In this document: piece by piece, positions 1-10,375 of the stretch
Numbering within the stretch: the first letter of the stretch is position 1
How the letters are laid out: each line of letters begins with the position of its first letter
From: a plasmid
Length of the DNA: 64,000 nucleotides
Reading direction: 5' to 3' (one strand)
Sequence record: NZ_MK262712.1
Notes under the pieces: model-generated
The model's input: the letters and a program-made list of their open reading frames with translations, nothing else
Databases searched by the model: none
What the model was told of the DNA's origin: nothing
Translations under genes and position numbers: made by a program

Positions 1-336
1 ATGATCACCACCCGCACCTGGTTTTGTAGCGCCTATATCACCAATACCAACTTAAGCTACGCCAACTTTTCAAAAGTCGTACTGGAAAAGTGCGAGCTGT
101 GGGAAAACCGCTGGATGGGTACTCAGGTGCTGGGCGCAACGTTCAGTGGATCAGACCTCTCTGGCGGCGAGTTTTCATCCTTCGACTGGCGAGCAGCAAA
201 CGTTACGCACTGTGATTTGACCAATTCGGAACTGGGCGATTTAGATATCCGCGGGGTTGATTTGCAAGGCGTCAAACTGGACAGCTACCAGGCATCGTTG
301 CTCCTGGAACGTCTTGGTATCGCTGTCATGGGTTAA
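1..336 (+). CDS. qnrB: Quinolone-resistance pentapeptide-repeat protein QnrB. Only the C-terminal 111 aa are present; the 5' part is cut off by the window edge.
   Basis: Translation MITTRTWFCSAYITNTNLSYANFSKVVLEKCELWENRW...LGIAVMG matches the QnrB C-terminus as I remember it, with pentapeptide repeats. Confidence 0.88.
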   Translation: MITTRTWFCSAYITNTNLSYANFSKVVLEKCELWENRWMGTQVLGATFSGSDLSGGEFSSFDWRAANVTHCDLTNSELGDLDIRGVDLQGVKLDSYQASLLLERLGIAVMG

Positions 337-431
337 TGTTCAGGGAGCGGTATATGCCGCCCCCTGCCCTTATACAATATTGTCCGGGCTGGCTTTCCCC
401 CTCAGACGTTTCGACTTCGGGGGCATAAACG

Positions 432-1340
432 TCAGAGGGTTCCGGTCCCCCCGTCAGAACACCATACCTGACCGGATGTATAGCTGTTCTCTTCAGCCGC
501 TAAAGTGACATACAGCGGAGCAATTTCTACCGGTTGGCCAGGGCGACCAAGCGGCGCATTTGCACCAAATTTCTCAATTTTTTCCTGTGGTTGGCCGCCG
601 CAGCACTGCAATACCGTCCAGTACGGCCCAGGCGCGACAGCATTTACACGGATCCCTTTAGGGGCCAGTTGCTTCGCCAGCGATTTAGTAAATGCCACTA
701 TCGCCGCCTTGGTCTGAGCATAATCAAGCAGGATCTCACTCGGCTCATAAGCCTGTACCGATGAGGTGTTAATAATCACGCTGTCTCGGGAGAAATGGGG
801 AATAGCCGCCTTGGTGATCCAAAACATGGCGTAGACATTGGTCTTGAATGTCGCATCAAATTCTTCTGTGGTGAGGTCTTCGATCGATTCACAAAATTGC
901 TGACGGCCTGCGTTATTCACCAGGATATCCAACCCTCCCAGCGCGTCTACCGCCTGTTTTACCAGATGGTTACAAAAAGTTTCGTCACGAATATCGCCGG
1001 GAATCGCCGCAACTTTTCTCCCAGCTTTTTTTATCAACTCAACAACCTCACGAGCATCGTCCTCTTCTTCAGGTAAATAATTAATCGCGACATCGGCGCC
1101 TTCGCGGGCATAGGCAATGGCAACAGCACGCCCAATACCTGAATCACCACCGGTAATTAATACCTTGCGACCATTTAACCTGCCGCTTCCCTGATAGCTT
1201 TGTTCGCCATGATCGGGGCGCGGTTGCATTTTTCCGGCGAGCCCCGGAAAAGGTTGTTTTTGATGTGGAAAAGGCGGCTGCGGAAAACGCTCTGAATTAG
1301 TTTTATTGGTGGTCTGTTTTCCTTTATTTAGGTCAGTCAT
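432..1340 (-). CDS. yghA: SDR-family NAD(P)-dependent oxidoreductase, similar to E. coli YghA.
   Basis: 302-aa ORF with the TGGDSGIGRA Rossmann motif and a YghA-like sequence along its length (YAREGADVAI, NNAG, PGPYWT). Confidence 0.75.
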   Translation of the reverse strand: MTDLNKGKQTTNKTNSERFPQPPFPHQKQPFPGLAGKMQPRPDHGEQSYQGSGRLNGRKVLITGGDSGIGRAVAIAYAREGADVAINYLPEEEDDAREVVELIKKAGRKVAAIPGDIRDETFCNHLVKQAVDALGGLDILVNNAGRQQFCESIEDLTTEEFDATFKTNVYAMFWITKAAIPHFSRDSVIINTSSVQAYEPSEILLDYAQTKAAIVAFTKSLAKQLAPKGIRVNAVAPGPYWTVLQCCGGQPQEKIEKFGANAPLGRPGQPVEIAPLYVTLAAEENSYTSGQVWCSDGGTGTL

Positions 1341-1516
1341 TCAATCACCTCTCGTGAGTCATCATTCATCGCAAAGACTAATAAGCGTAGAACAAAATGA
1401 ATGACATGGTCTTTATAATTTACCTACCACTTAATTTTCTCCTAATATTAACCTGGCTCTCACGACGATAACTTCACATAGCATTGAAATATTTCCTAGG
1501 ATAAGTCCTGGTTTAT

Positions 1517-2032
1517 TTATTTGTTCTTCCAGGCTGACACTTCTTCAATCAATACCGCCAGGCTAAAACGTACCGCCTTTTCAATGACGTCCTGGCAATC
1601 CCCGGAAAAACACTCACGTTTTGTTATTATCTGTCCGCGGAAATTCCACGCAAACCACACGGTTCCTGCGGGAGTACCATCCTCCCCACCCTCCGGCCCT
1701 GCATATCCGCTGATGGCTATACTGATATCGGTTTCGGCTTGCTGACGTATTCCTACAGACATCTCACTGACCGTTTGCTCACTAACGGCGCTATATTTCT
1801 TCAGCGTACTGGCCCGCACGTCGAGCATTTTCTGCTTGGCGCGATCGCTAAAGGTTATAACGCCGATATCATAAAATTCTGCGGTATCCGCCTGTGCGCA
1901 AAGCGCCGCGGCCAGCTTTCCTCCTGTACAGGATTCTGCGGTGGTCAACGTTAAATCGCTATCAATGAGCGTGTTTGCAAGCCGTTTTGTCAGTTCATTG
2001 ACTGTTTTTGCGTCATTGTACTCCGTATTCAT
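1517..2032 (-). CDS. pncC: CinA C-terminal domain / PncC-like nicotinamide-nucleotide amidohydrolase. The start is probably the internal Met (MNTEYND).
   Basis: The TAESCTGG motif and the overall CinA_C/YgaD pattern. Confidence 0.65.
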   Translation of the reverse strand: MNTEYNDAKTVNELTKRLANTLIDSDLTLTTAESCTGGKLAAALCAQADTAEFYDIGVITFSDRAKQKMLDVRASTLKKYSAVSEQTVSEMSVGIRQQAETDISIAISGYAGPEGGEDGTPAGTVWFAWNFRGQIITKRECFSGDCQDVIEKAVRFSLAVLIEEVSAWKNK

Positions 2033-2042
2033 TACCGCCTCG

Positions 2043-2405
2043 CTAATTCTCTTCAGGAATGACAGAAATATGTCCGTTGCGTTCCAGAATGGCATACTTG
2101 ATTTTACTTGATTCGGTAATCCCCTGATTTTGTCGCGCAGCGACTAATATATCTTCAAGAGAGACATCCACTTTCTTCATTTTATCTAATAAAGGGATCC
2201 CGTGATCAAGCAGGATAACCGGGGAACCATCCAGCACGGATTCGGCCCCACCCACCTTTTTTTTAATGAAACCGAACAGAATATCAATAGTAACCAGAGT
2301 GACAATCGTGATCATGGCGCCGGTTATCGAAAAATCATTACCCAACAAGGCTTGTTGAGTTGCTTCACTGATAATCAGTAATAAAATCAGATCGAAGCTG
2401 GTCAT
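2043..2405 (-). CDS. DUF421 (YetF-like) membrane protein. The N-terminus may be truncated by the IS1 that starts 18 bp upstream.
   Basis: 120-aa ORF with a hydrophobic N-terminus and a YetF-like C-terminal region. The ORF starts 18 bp from the IS1 end. Confidence 0.45.
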   Translation of the reverse strand: MTSFDLILLLIISEATQQALLGNDFSITGAMITIVTLVTIDILFGFIKKKVGGAESVLDGSPVILLDHGIPLLDKMKKVDVSLEDILVAARQNQGITESSKIKYAILERNGHISVIPEEN

Positions 2406-2477
2406 TTGTAATAATGCCCGGCGGTGATGCTGCCAACTTACTGATTTAGTGTATGATGGTGTTTTTGAGGTGCTCCA

Positions 2478-2753
2478 GTGGCTTCTGTTTCTATCAGCTG
2501 TCCCTCCTGTTCAGCTACTGACGGGGTGGTGCGTAACGGCAAAAGCACCGCCGGACATCAGCGCTATCTCTGCTCTCACTGCCGTAAAACATGGCAACTG
2601 CAGTTCACTTACACCGCTTCTCAACCCGGTACGCACCAGAAAATCATTGATATGGCCATGAATGGCGTTGGATGCCGGGCAACCGCCCGCATTATGGGCG
2701 TTGGCCTCAACACGATTTTCCGCCATTTAAAAAACTCAGGCCGCAGTCGGTAA
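2478..2753 (+). CDS. insA: IS1 InsA.
   Basis: [43 protein letters not shown]... is the canonical InsA sequence. Confidence 0.92.
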   Translation: MASVSISCPSCSATDGVVRNGKSTAGHQRYLCSHCRKTWQLQFTYTASQPGTHQKIIDMAMNGVGCRATARIMGVGLNTIFRHLKNSGRSR

Positions 2754-3175
2754 CCTCGCGCATACAGCCGGGCAGTGACGTCATCGTCTGCGCGGAAATG
2801 GACGAACAGTGGGGATACGTCGGGGCTAAATCGCGCCAGCGCTGGCTGTTTTACGCGTATGACAGGCTCCGGAAGACGGTTGTTGCGCACGTATTCGGTG
2901 AACGCACTATGGCGACGCTGGGGCGTCTTATGAGCCTGCTGTCACCCTTTGACGTGGTGATATGGATGACGGATGGCTGGCCGCTGTATGAATCCCGCCT
3001 GAAGGGAAAGCTGCACGTAATCAGCAAGCGATATACGCAGCGAATTGAGCGGCATAACCTGAATCTGAGGCAGCACCTGGCACGGCTGGGACGGAAGTCG
3101 CTGTCGTTCTCAAAATCGGTGGAGCTGCATGACAAAGTCATCGGGCATTATCTGAACATAAAACACTATCAATAA
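2672..3175 (+). CDS. insB: IS1 InsB, normally produced as an InsAB' fusion by a -1 frameshift.
   Basis: The ORF carries the canonical InsB sequence (…[16 protein letters not shown]…HYLNIKHYQ). Confidence 0.9.
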   Translation: MPGNRPHYGRWPQHDFPPFKKLRPQSVTSRIQPGSDVIVCAEMDEQWGYVGAKSRQRWLFYAYDRLRKTVVAHVFGERTMATLGRLMSLLSPFDVVIWMTDGWPLYESRLKGKLHVISKRYTQRIERHNLNLRQHLARLGRKSLSFSKSVELHDKVIGHYLNIKHYQ

Positions 3176-3381
3176 GTTGGAGTCATTACCCTTGCAGAGT
3201 TTATTAAGTATCATTGCAGCAAAGATGAAATCAATGATTTATCAAAAATGATTGAAAGGTGGTTGTAAATAATGTTACAATGTGTGAGAAGCAGTCTAAA
3301 TTCTTCGTGAAATAGTGATTTTTGAAGCTAATAAAAAACACACGTGGAATTTAGGTTAGACTATAAATAGAAAAAGGCGTT

Positions 3382-4029
3382 TTGACAATGATAGAGATTA
3401 TCAAAGATTTATACCAATTTACAGAGGTAATGGAGCCGATTAAGCTTTCAATGCACCAATACTTATTGATGACAAATGAGCCTGTTCTCATTCAGACCGG
3501 AGCCGTATCACAAGCGCAAACTACCATTCCTAAGTTGCAAGAGTTGCTCGGTGAACGCAAAATAAAATACATTCTAATTTCTCATTTTGAATCAGACGAA
3601 TGTGGCGGACTTGCTTTGGTTCTCAAAGAACATCCCGAAGCTGTCGCGGTTTGTTCCGAAACCACAGCAAGACAACTGATGGGGTTTGGTATTACTAACA
3701 ATGTGCTTATTAAAAAGCCGAATGAAATATTTGCCGGAGATGATTTTGAATTTCAAACTATCAGTTACCCATCTGAAATGCATATGTGGGAAGGACTTTT
3801 ATTTTTTGAAAAGAAACGTGGTATTTTCTTTAGCAGCGACCTCATGTTCGGCATGGGTGAGAATCACGGACAAGTTATCGAAAGCAGTTGGGACGCAGCG
3901 GTAAAATCAAGCGGCGCAGATACATTGCCCAATCAAGAATCCGGACAAAAGCTATCCTCGGATTTGAGTGAGATTGAACCTAAGTTCGTTGCTTCCGGTC
4001 ATGGGTTTTGCATTACGATTGTAGGATAA
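3382..4029 (+). CDS. Metallo-beta-lactamase-fold protein, resembling the N-terminal MBL domain of flavodiiron/ROO-type proteins.
   Basis: 215-aa ORF with a His/Asp-rich MBL-like pattern (HFESDECGG, ASGHG). It is AT-rich, unlike the flanking resistance genes. Confidence 0.45.
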   Translation: MTMIEIIKDLYQFTEVMEPIKLSMHQYLLMTNEPVLIQTGAVSQAQTTIPKLQELLGERKIKYILISHFESDECGGLALVLKEHPEAVAVCSETTARQLMGFGITNNVLIKKPNEIFAGDDFEFQTISYPSEMHMWEGLLFFEKKRGIFFSSDLMFGMGENHGQVIESSWDAAVKSSGADTLPNQESGQKLSSDLSEIEPKFVASGHGFCITIVG

Positions 4030-4138
4030 ATCAAGCAAATAGACCTTGCAAAATAAGCATTTGCAAATATACCACTTCATAAAACCGTATACTGTAATTA
4101 TCAAGATTTTGAACGATATTGAAAAACAGTAACTTAAA

Positions 4139-4172
4139 GGCTCGATATATTTATAATATATCGAGCTTTTTT
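4139..4172 (+). terminator. Rho-independent terminator after the MBL-fold gene.
   Basis: GCTCGATATAT-TTATAA-TATATCGAGC hairpin followed by TTTTTT. Confidence 0.55.
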
Positions 4173-4244
4173 CATGTCTAAAAACTTGGGGGTATATAGT
4201 GAAAAATACCGTCCCAACGTCCCAAAGGCTGATAAGTAGGCGCA

Positions 4245-4332
4245 TTATATGGGTAAATGGCTTTTATAATCCACGCCGAAGACATTCAACACTCGGCTGG
4301 AAATCGCCGGTGGCATTTGAGAAAAAAGCCGC
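4245..4332 (+). mobile_element. Remnant of an IS3-family transposase 3' end. It is probably the IS1133 fragment that precedes strA in Tn5393-type elements.
   Basis: The reading frame gives ...IIWVNGFYNPRRRHSTLGWKSPVAFEKKAA*, a typical IS3-family OrfB C-terminus. There is an abrupt composition change at about 4245. Confidence 0.5.
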
Positions 4333-4442
4333 TTAAAATGAGAGATAGACCGGAACACAACCGGTGCAAGTCCATAGCAACTCGTTTCTTTTCGCAGGTT
4401 GAGCCACCTCCGCGCTTCATCAGAAAACTGAAGGAACCTCCA

Positions 4443-5246
4443 TTGAATCGAACTAATATTTTTTTTGGTGAATCGCATTCTGACTGGTTGCCTGTCAGAG
4501 GCGGAGAATCTGGTGATTTTGTTTTTCGACGTGGTGACGGGCATGCCTTCGCGAAAATCGCACCTGCTTCCCGCCGCGGTGAGCTCGCTGGAGAGCGTGA
4601 CCGCCTCATTTGGCTCAAAGGTCGAGGTGTGGCTTGCCCCGAGGTGATCAACTGGCAGGAGGAACAGGAGGGTGCATGCTTGGTGATAACGGCAATTCCG
4701 GGAGTACCGGCGGCTGATCTGTCTGGAGCGGATTTGCTCAAAGCGTGGCCGTCAATGGGGCAGCAACTTGGCGCTGTTCACAGCCTATCGGTTGATCAAT
4801 GTCCGTTTGAGCGCAGGCTGTCGCGAATGTTCGGACGCGCCGTTGATGTGGTGTCCCGCAATGCCGTCAATCCCGACTTCTTACCGGACGAGGACAAGAG
4901 TACGCCGCAGCTCGATCTTTTGGCTCGTGTCGAACGAGAGCTACCGGTGCGGCTCGACCAAGAGCGCACCGATATGGTTGTTTGCCATGGTGATCCCTGC
5001 ATGCCGAACTTCATGGTGGACCCTAAAACTCTTCAATGCACGGGTCTGATCGACCTTGGGCGGCTCGGAACAGCAGATCGCTATGCCGATTTGGCACTCA
5101 TGATTGCTAACGCCGAAGAGAACTGGGCAGCGCCAGATGAAGCAGAGCGCGCCTTCGCTGTCCTATTCAATGTATTGGGGATCGAAGCCCCCGACCGCGA
5201 ACGCCTTGCCTTCTATCTGCGATTGGACCCTCTGACTTGGGGTTGA
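4443..5246 (+). CDS. strA: Aminoglycoside 3''-phosphotransferase APH(3'')-Ib, which confers streptomycin resistance. It uses a TTG start.
   Basis: The translation LNRTNIFFGESHSDWLPVRGGESGDFVFRRGDGHAFAKIAP...RLDPLTWG matches StrA along its length. Confidence 0.95.
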   Translation: MNRTNIFFGESHSDWLPVRGGESGDFVFRRGDGHAFAKIAPASRRGELAGERDRLIWLKGRGVACPEVINWQEEQEGACLVITAIPGVPAADLSGADLLKAWPSMGQQLGAVHSLSVDQCPFERRLSRMFGRAVDVVSRNAVNPDFLPDEDKSTPQLDLLARVERELPVRLDQERTDMVVCHGDPCMPNFMVDPKTLQCTGLIDLGRLGTADRYADLALMIANAEENWAAPDEAERAFAVLFNVLGIEAPDRERLAFYLRLDPLTWG

Positions 5247-6082
5247 TGTTCATGCCGCCTGTTTTTCCTGCTCATTGGCACGTTTCGCAACCTGTTCTCA
5301 TTGCGGACACCTTTTCCAGCCTCGTTTGGAAAGTTTCATTGCCAGACGGGACTCCTGCAATCGTCAAGGGATTGAAACCTATAGAAGACATTGCTGATGA
5401 ACTGCGCGGGGCCGACTATCTGGTATGGCGCAATGGGAGGGGAGCAGTCCGGTTGCTCGGTCGTGAGAACAATCTGATGTTGCTCGAATATGCCGGGGAG
5501 CGAATGCTCTCTCACATCGTTGCCGAGCACGGCGACTACCAGGCGACCGAAATTGCAGCGGAACTAATGGCGAAGCTGTATGCCGCATCTGAGGAACCCC
5601 TGCCTTCTGCCCTTCTCCCGATCCGGGATCGCTTTGCAGCTTTGTTTCAGCGGGCGCGCGATGATCAAAACGCAGGTTGTCAAACTGACTACGTCCACGC
5701 GGCGATTATAGCCGATCAAATGATGAGCAATGCCTCGGAACTGCGTGGGCTACATGGCGATCTGCATCATGAAAACATCATGTTCTCCAGTCGCGGCTGG
5801 CTGGTGATAGATCCCGTCGGTCTGGTCGGTGAAGTGGGCTTTGGCGCCGCCAATATGTTCTACGATCCGGCTGACAGAGACGACCTTTGTCTCGATCCTA
5901 GACGCATTGCACAGATGGCGGACGCATTCTCTCGTGCGCTGGACGTCGATCCGCGTCGCCTGCTCGACCAGGCGTACGCTTATGGGTGCCTTTCCGCAGC
6001 TTGGAACGCGGATGGAGAAGAGGAGCAACGCGATCTAGCTATCGCGGCCGCGATCAAGCAGGTGCGACAGACGTCATACTAG
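5246..6082 (+). CDS. strB: Aminoglycoside 6-phosphotransferase APH(6)-Id, which confers streptomycin resistance.
   Basis: MFMPPVFPAHWHVSQPVLIADTFSSLVWKVSLPDGTPAIVKGLKP...AIKQVRQTSY. Its start overlaps the strA stop codon (TGATG). Confidence 0.95.
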   Translation: MFMPPVFPAHWHVSQPVLIADTFSSLVWKVSLPDGTPAIVKGLKPIEDIADELRGADYLVWRNGRGAVRLLGRENNLMLLEYAGERMLSHIVAEHGDYQATEIAAELMAKLYAASEEPLPSALLPIRDRFAALFQRARDDQNAGCQTDYVHAAIIADQMMSNASELRGLHGDLHHENIMFSSRGWLVIDPVGLVGEVGFGAANMFYDPADRDDLCLDPRRIAQMADAFSRALDVDPRRLLDQAYAYGCLSAAWNADGEEEQRDLAIAAAIKQVRQTSY

Positions 6083-6107
6083 ATATCAAGCGACTTCTCC
6101 TATCCCC

Positions 6108-6188
6108 TGGGAACACATCAATCTTACCGGAGAATATCGTTGGCCAAAGCCTTAGCGTAGGATTTCGCCCTCTCCCGCAAACGACCCC
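6108..6188 (-). repeat. Terminal inverted repeat (IRR) of Tn5393, immediately downstream of strB.
   Basis: The reverse complement reads GGGGTCGTTTGCGGGAGAGGGCGAAATCCTACGCTAAGGCTTTGGCC..., which matches the Tn5393 IR. Confidence 0.7.
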
Positions 6189-6959
6189 TATGTGCTCGAC
6201 GGCCTGCTGTACCACGAGTCCGACCTGCGGATCGAGGAGCACTACACCGACACGGCCGGCTTCACCGATCACGTCTTTGCCCTGATGCACCTGCTAGGCT
6301 TCCGCTTCGCGCCGCGCATCCGCGACCTCGGCGAAACCAAGCTGTACGTGCCGCAGGGCGTGCAAGCCTACCCGACGTTGCGCCCGCTGATCGGCGGCAC
6401 CCTGAACATCAAGCACGTGCGTGCCCACTGGGACGACATCCTGCGCCTGGCCAGCTCGATCAAGCAGGGCACCGTCACCGCCTCGCTGATGCTGCGCAAG
6501 CTCGGCAGCTACCCGCGCCAGAACGGACTGGCCGTGGCCCTGCGCGAGCTGGGCCGGATCGAGCGCACGCTGTTCATCCTGGACTGGCTGCAAAGTGTTG
6601 AACTGCGCCGCCGCGTGCATGCCGGCCTGAACAAAGGTGAGGCGCGCAACTCGCTGGCCAGGGCGGTGTTCTTCAACCGCCTTGGGGAAATCAGGGATCG
6701 GAGCTTCGAGCAGCAGCGCTACCGGGCCAGCGGCCTCAACCTGGTGACGGCGGCTATCGTGCTGTGGAACACGGTGTACCTGGAACGCGCCACCCAGGGG
6801 TTGGTCGAGGCCGGCAAGCCGGTGGACGGCGAGCTGCTGCAATTCCTGTCGCCGCTGGGCTGGGAGCACATCAACCTAACCGGCGATTACGTCTGGCGGC
6901 AGAGCCGCAGACTGGAAGACGGGAAGTTTCGGCCCTTACGGATGCCCGGAAAACCTTAG
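6189..6959 (+). pseudogene. tnpA: 3' fragment (about 255 aa) of a Tn3-family transposase tnpA of Tn1721/Tn21 type, cut at its 5' side by the Tn5393 end.
   Basis: The ORF ...[71 protein letters not shown] is a Tn3-family TnpA C-terminus. It abuts the Tn5393 IR at 6188. Confidence 0.8.
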
Positions 6960-7950
6960 CGTACGATTTTTTCCGAATTCTGCGGGCTCCCCTAAAAGAC
7001 AAAAATTCAATTTCAGCCTCATTCAGTACACCCTCTCCTTTTTTCCGTATATAGAAGTCATACCATCGTTCGTAGGCGGCAACATTGATAGATTCAGATG
7101 CTTCCAGAAGCCGGGGGATATAATAAACCAGTTCTTCAAAGGCAATACTGCCTTGAGGGATATCAGAACGGCTCAGGCGACAAAGAAGGTTAATCGTGGC
7201 TCGAAGGTGATGCCACTGCTGTGCCGGGGAGGATGGGAGGGCGTTCATGCTTATCGGAAGTTCATGAGGAATTAAAGCAAGGATCTGATTTCCACTGGTA
7301 GACAGCTCACGCCGGTACTGGTGTAAAGTATGGTGTTTAACCTTCTTCATCATAGGATGGTAGATCCATTTTTTCGCTTCCTCAGAAACGAAAAGTAACT
7401 TTTCTATCGCATCCATCATCTTTATGCCTTCCCCATTCTCACGATATGGAGCGATGATACTTTCAATCCGAACGGCATCGATCTCCACCAGCGCCAGCTG
7501 GTCTGTTTGCGCTAACAGGTCTGGATTGGGCTGGATATCCTCCGACGTATCATTAATAAATATCCCGATTGTCGTATCGTTACATATCCCTGTGAGGTCA
7601 GCATTAAGGCCACAAACAACCCCACCACCAGCGAGATTTTTGAGGTTAACTATCCCTTTCTCCTTACCCTGCAGAAGATGAGGGAGAGCAAGGTATTTTT
7701 TTTCCTGTATTTTCACCTTTATGTATTTTTTTATATGTTGTAGTGTGAGCTCACTACAAACCCCTTTTACTTCTGTGCTGTGGCTAAAATGCCATTTTTT
7801 ATTTTGACCCTGCCTGGCAATCAGGGAGGTCCCACAGATGAGGCAGATACAGTTACACGAAAGCCCATTTTCAACGCTGGCGATATCAACAATTTTATTT
7901 GAATCCGTATCAAATCCAAACGGGATCCATTTTTGTGCATTACGTCGCAT
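6871..7950 (-). CDS. CoiA-like competence-family protein. Its C-terminus is replaced by read-through into the transposon IR; the native portion is about 6993-7950.
   Basis: N-terminus ...[48 protein letters not shown] shows a CoiA-like Cys cluster followed by an HF-H motif. It is AT-rich like the backbone. The ORF tail overlaps the 38-bp IR. It carries one copy of the backbone palindrome, at 7392. Confidence 0.5.
   Translation of the reverse strand: MRRNAQKWIPFGFDTDSNKIVDIASVENGLSCNCICLICGTSLIARQGQNKKWHFSHSTEVKGVCSELTLQHIKKYIKVKIQEKKYLALPHLLQGKEKGIVNLKNLAGGGVVCGLNADLTGICNDTTIGIFINDTSEDIQPNPDLLAQTDQLALVEIDAVRIESIIAPYRENGEGIKMMDAIEKLLFVSEEAKKWIYHPMMKKVKHHTLHQYRRELSTSGNQILALIPHELPISMNALPSSPAQQWHHLRATINLLCRLSRSDIPQGSIAFEELVYYIPRLLEASESINVAAYERWYDFYIRKKGEGVLNEAEIEFLSFRGARRIRKKSYAKVFRASVRAETSRLPVCGSAARRNRRLG
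6955..6992 (-). repeat. 38-bp terminal inverted repeat of a Tn1721-like (Tn3-family) transposon. It marks the right boundary of the resistance mosaic.
   Basis: The reverse complement reads GGGGAGCCCGCAGAATTCGGAAAAAATCGTACGCTAAG. Confidence 0.7.
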
Positions 7951-8035
7951 GTATATTCCTCGTTAAAAATGAGTAAAGGAATTCTACATCATCCGTTTTT
8001 ATCAAACCTGGAATAACAGCGTCTAATTACATTAT

Positions 8036-8290
8036 TCATATCTCATCGGGGATGAGATGCCACACGGAAGCAGGTATTTTGTCATAGTTTTTTTTCATGT
8101 AGATCTCAGCCCTGCGGTGATCATAAGCTCCGTTCAGGCTGGTTATCTTATTTATATCCCCACCTTCATCATTTAATTTATCCAGGATACGCTCAAACAC
8201 TCGGTCAAGGGTTTCAGTCGTACTGCACTTTCTGAACTTCAGGAGATAGGTTTCTCTCAGGCTACTGTGCGCATTTGGGCTTTTCAACAA
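8036..8290 (-). CDS. Small hypothetical protein (84 aa).
   Basis: An ORF only. It is AT-rich and has no recognisable motif. Confidence 0.3.
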   Translation of the reverse strand: MLKSPNAHSSLRETYLLKFRKCSTTETLDRVFERILDKLNDEGGDINKITSLNGAYDHRRAEIYMKKNYDKIPASVWHLIPDEI

Positions 8291-8438
8291 CGACGCTCCG
8301 GGGCATGTTCAAAAACACTGGCTATTTTCGAAAACAGTAAACGAAGTTCCACGCACAGGCAAGAGAAGCCATTTGATTAATTCACGTTCTGCCTGGATTT
8401 GAAAAAAAACAATGTTACTATACTGGTTATAAAAACAG

Positions 8439-10365
8439 TGTGCGCCGGGAGACCGGTAGAGATCAAGGGGTGAAAGTCCCCGACCATTGAAGGACCAGCA
8501 ATCCACAAGGTCCCCGAGTCATGCGTTGCATACCGCGAGGTATGGGGCGAAGCGTTGACAGGGGTGTTGACAGGCCAGCCATTGAGCCACGAAATGTATA
8601 TTAAATTACCGGGTGCCGACGTTGTACTGTTAACGGAAGGCAACATCATAGGGTGCGATACTGCGAGTGCCACATGGACCCGGCGGGGTCTGAGACCCTG
8701 GCATGTCAATACGATCTCTACGCGGGAACCGGGAGATCTCCCCTCTGACCATCTGCCAGTGTCGGAGATGGCCCGCACCGGGAAGACGAGGAGTCATAGC
8801 CGGTGATGTACGGAGAGGAGAAGTCGGACTCGCTCATAGTAGCGGCGAAACAGGCGAACAACCCGAAAGGAGCGGAGTCAGTGGAGCGAAGGAGCGGGGC
8901 CAAGGGGAACGCGGAACAGCCACACATGCGCCGGACACAGAGCCGGGAAAGCATGTCACAGAGGCTGTCACGCGTGCGGGAAGCTGCGAAGCAGCGGAAG
9001 AAAGAACGGTTTACAGCATTGTTCCACCTGCTGACAGTCGAAGCACTGGAAGCCGCATTCCTCTCCCTGAGCAGGAAAGCGGCCGCCGGAGTGGATGGCA
9101 TCAGGTGGATGGACTACGCCGGAAACATGAAGAACAACATAACAGATCTGCACCGGAGGCTACATCAGGGCAGCTACAGGGCGCAGCCCGGCAGGCGTCA
9201 CTACATCCCAAAAGCGGATGGAAAACAACGCCCGCTCGGCATCGCCTCGCTGGAGGACAAGATCGTCCAGTATGCGCTGGTGAAAATCCTGAACGCAGTC
9301 TATGAAAACGACTTTATGGGGTTCTCATACGGGTTCAGACCCGGGCGAAGCCAGCACGATGCACTGGACGCACTGGCCACAGGGCTGGTACGCACTAACG
9401 TAAACTGGGTACTGGATGCCGACATCAGTCAGTTCTTCGACAGGGTGAGCCACGAATGGCTGATCAGGTTCACAGAGCATCGGATCGGCGACCGGAGGGT
9501 AATCAGGCTCATACGTAAGTGGCTCACAGCCGGGACGTCGGAGGAGGGTCAATGGCGAGCAACGGAGGAAGGCACCCCACAGGGTGCGGTCATCTCACCG
9601 CTGCTGGCAAACATATACCTCCACTACGTCTTCGATCTGTGGGCGCATCAGTGGCGACGTCGCTATGCCACAGGCAATGTGGTAATGGTCAGATACGCCG
9701 ATGACATCGTCATCGGATTCGACAAACGATACGATGCCCGGCGCTTCCGTATAGCCATGCAGCGCAGACTGAGGGAGTTCGGACTCACGGTTCACCCGGA
9801 GAAAACCCGTCTGATGGAGTTCGGCCGCTTCGCTGCCGAAAACCGTGCCATCAGGGGAAAAGGCAAACCAGAAACGTTCAACTTCCTCGGGTTCACGCAC
9901 ATCAGCGGGAAAGATCGCAACGGCAGGTTTATGCTGATACGAAAGACCCGCCGGGATCGGATGACGGCAACTCTGAAAGCCATCAAAGACGGTCTGCGAA
10001 GGCGCTGGCATTACTCAATCCCCGAACAGGGAAAATGGCTCAGGAGAGTGGTTCAGGGATACCTGAACTATCACTCGGTACCGGGCAACTTCCCCACCAT
10101 GCAGAAGTTCAGGACACACGTAACAAACCTCTGGCGCCGGGCGCTCAGGCGCAGGAGCCAGAAGGATGATACGACCTGGACGAAAGCAAACAAACTGGCA
10201 GCCGCATGGCTACCAAGGGTTCGGGTTCTTCATCCATGGCCTGTGGAGCGGTTCACCGCCAGACACCCGAGGCAGGAGCCCGGTGCGTAAATCGCGCACG
10301 CCGGGATCCGTGCGGGGGGTATCCGGTAACGGGTATCCCTACCGCGACATCAGTGAAAAGACATG
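8439..10365 (+). mobile_element. Bacterial group II intron (ribozyme domains plus an intron-encoded protein). The 3' boundary is approximate.
   Basis: A GTGCG 5' start at 8439. A domain V-like hairpin GAGCCCGGTGCG..CGCACGCCGGGATC lies near 10290-10325, followed by a domain VI-like helix. A reverse-transcriptase ORF lies inside. Confidence 0.75.
8803..10290 (+). CDS. ltrA: Group II intron reverse transcriptase/maturase (intron-encoded protein).
   Basis: 495-aa ORF with RT blocks (…RHYIPKADGKQRPLGIASLEDKIVQ…, YADDIVIGF, FNFLGFTH) and a maturase X domain. Confidence 0.9.
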   Translation: MMYGEEKSDSLIVAAKQANNPKGAESVERRSGAKGNAEQPHMRRTQSRESMSQRLSRVREAAKQRKKERFTALFHLLTVEALEAAFLSLSRKAAAGVDGIRWMDYAGNMKNNITDLHRRLHQGSYRAQPGRRHYIPKADGKQRPLGIASLEDKIVQYALVKILNAVYENDFMGFSYGFRPGRSQHDALDALATGLVRTNVNWVLDADISQFFDRVSHEWLIRFTEHRIGDRRVIRLIRKWLTAGTSEEGQWRATEEGTPQGAVISPLLANIYLHYVFDLWAHQWRRRYATGNVVMVRYADDIVIGFDKRYDARRFRIAMQRRLREFGLTVHPEKTRLMEFGRFAAENRAIRGKGKPETFNFLGFTHISGKDRNGRFMLIRKTRRDRMTATLKAIKDGLRRRWHYSIPEQGKWLRRVVQGYLNYHSVPGNFPTMQKFRTHVTNLWRRALRRRSQKDDTTWTKANKLAAAWLPRVRVLHPWPVERFTARHPRQEPGA

Positions 10366-10375
10366 AGATCTTCCC

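Larger units (their letters stand above)
2423..3190 (+). mobile_element. IS1: Complete 768-bp IS1 with its terminal inverted repeats.
   Basis: The ends GGTGATGCTGCCAACTTACTGAT ... ATCAATAAGTTGGAGTCATTACC are present, and insA and insB lie inside. Confidence 0.92.

Noticed and set aside
6083-6188. A Tn5393 tnpA or tnpR upstream of strA, which would make a complete Tn5393.
   Set aside because: Only the IS3-family stub (4245-4332) precedes strA. No resolvase or Tn5393 transposase ORF is present in the window, so this is a truncated remnant.
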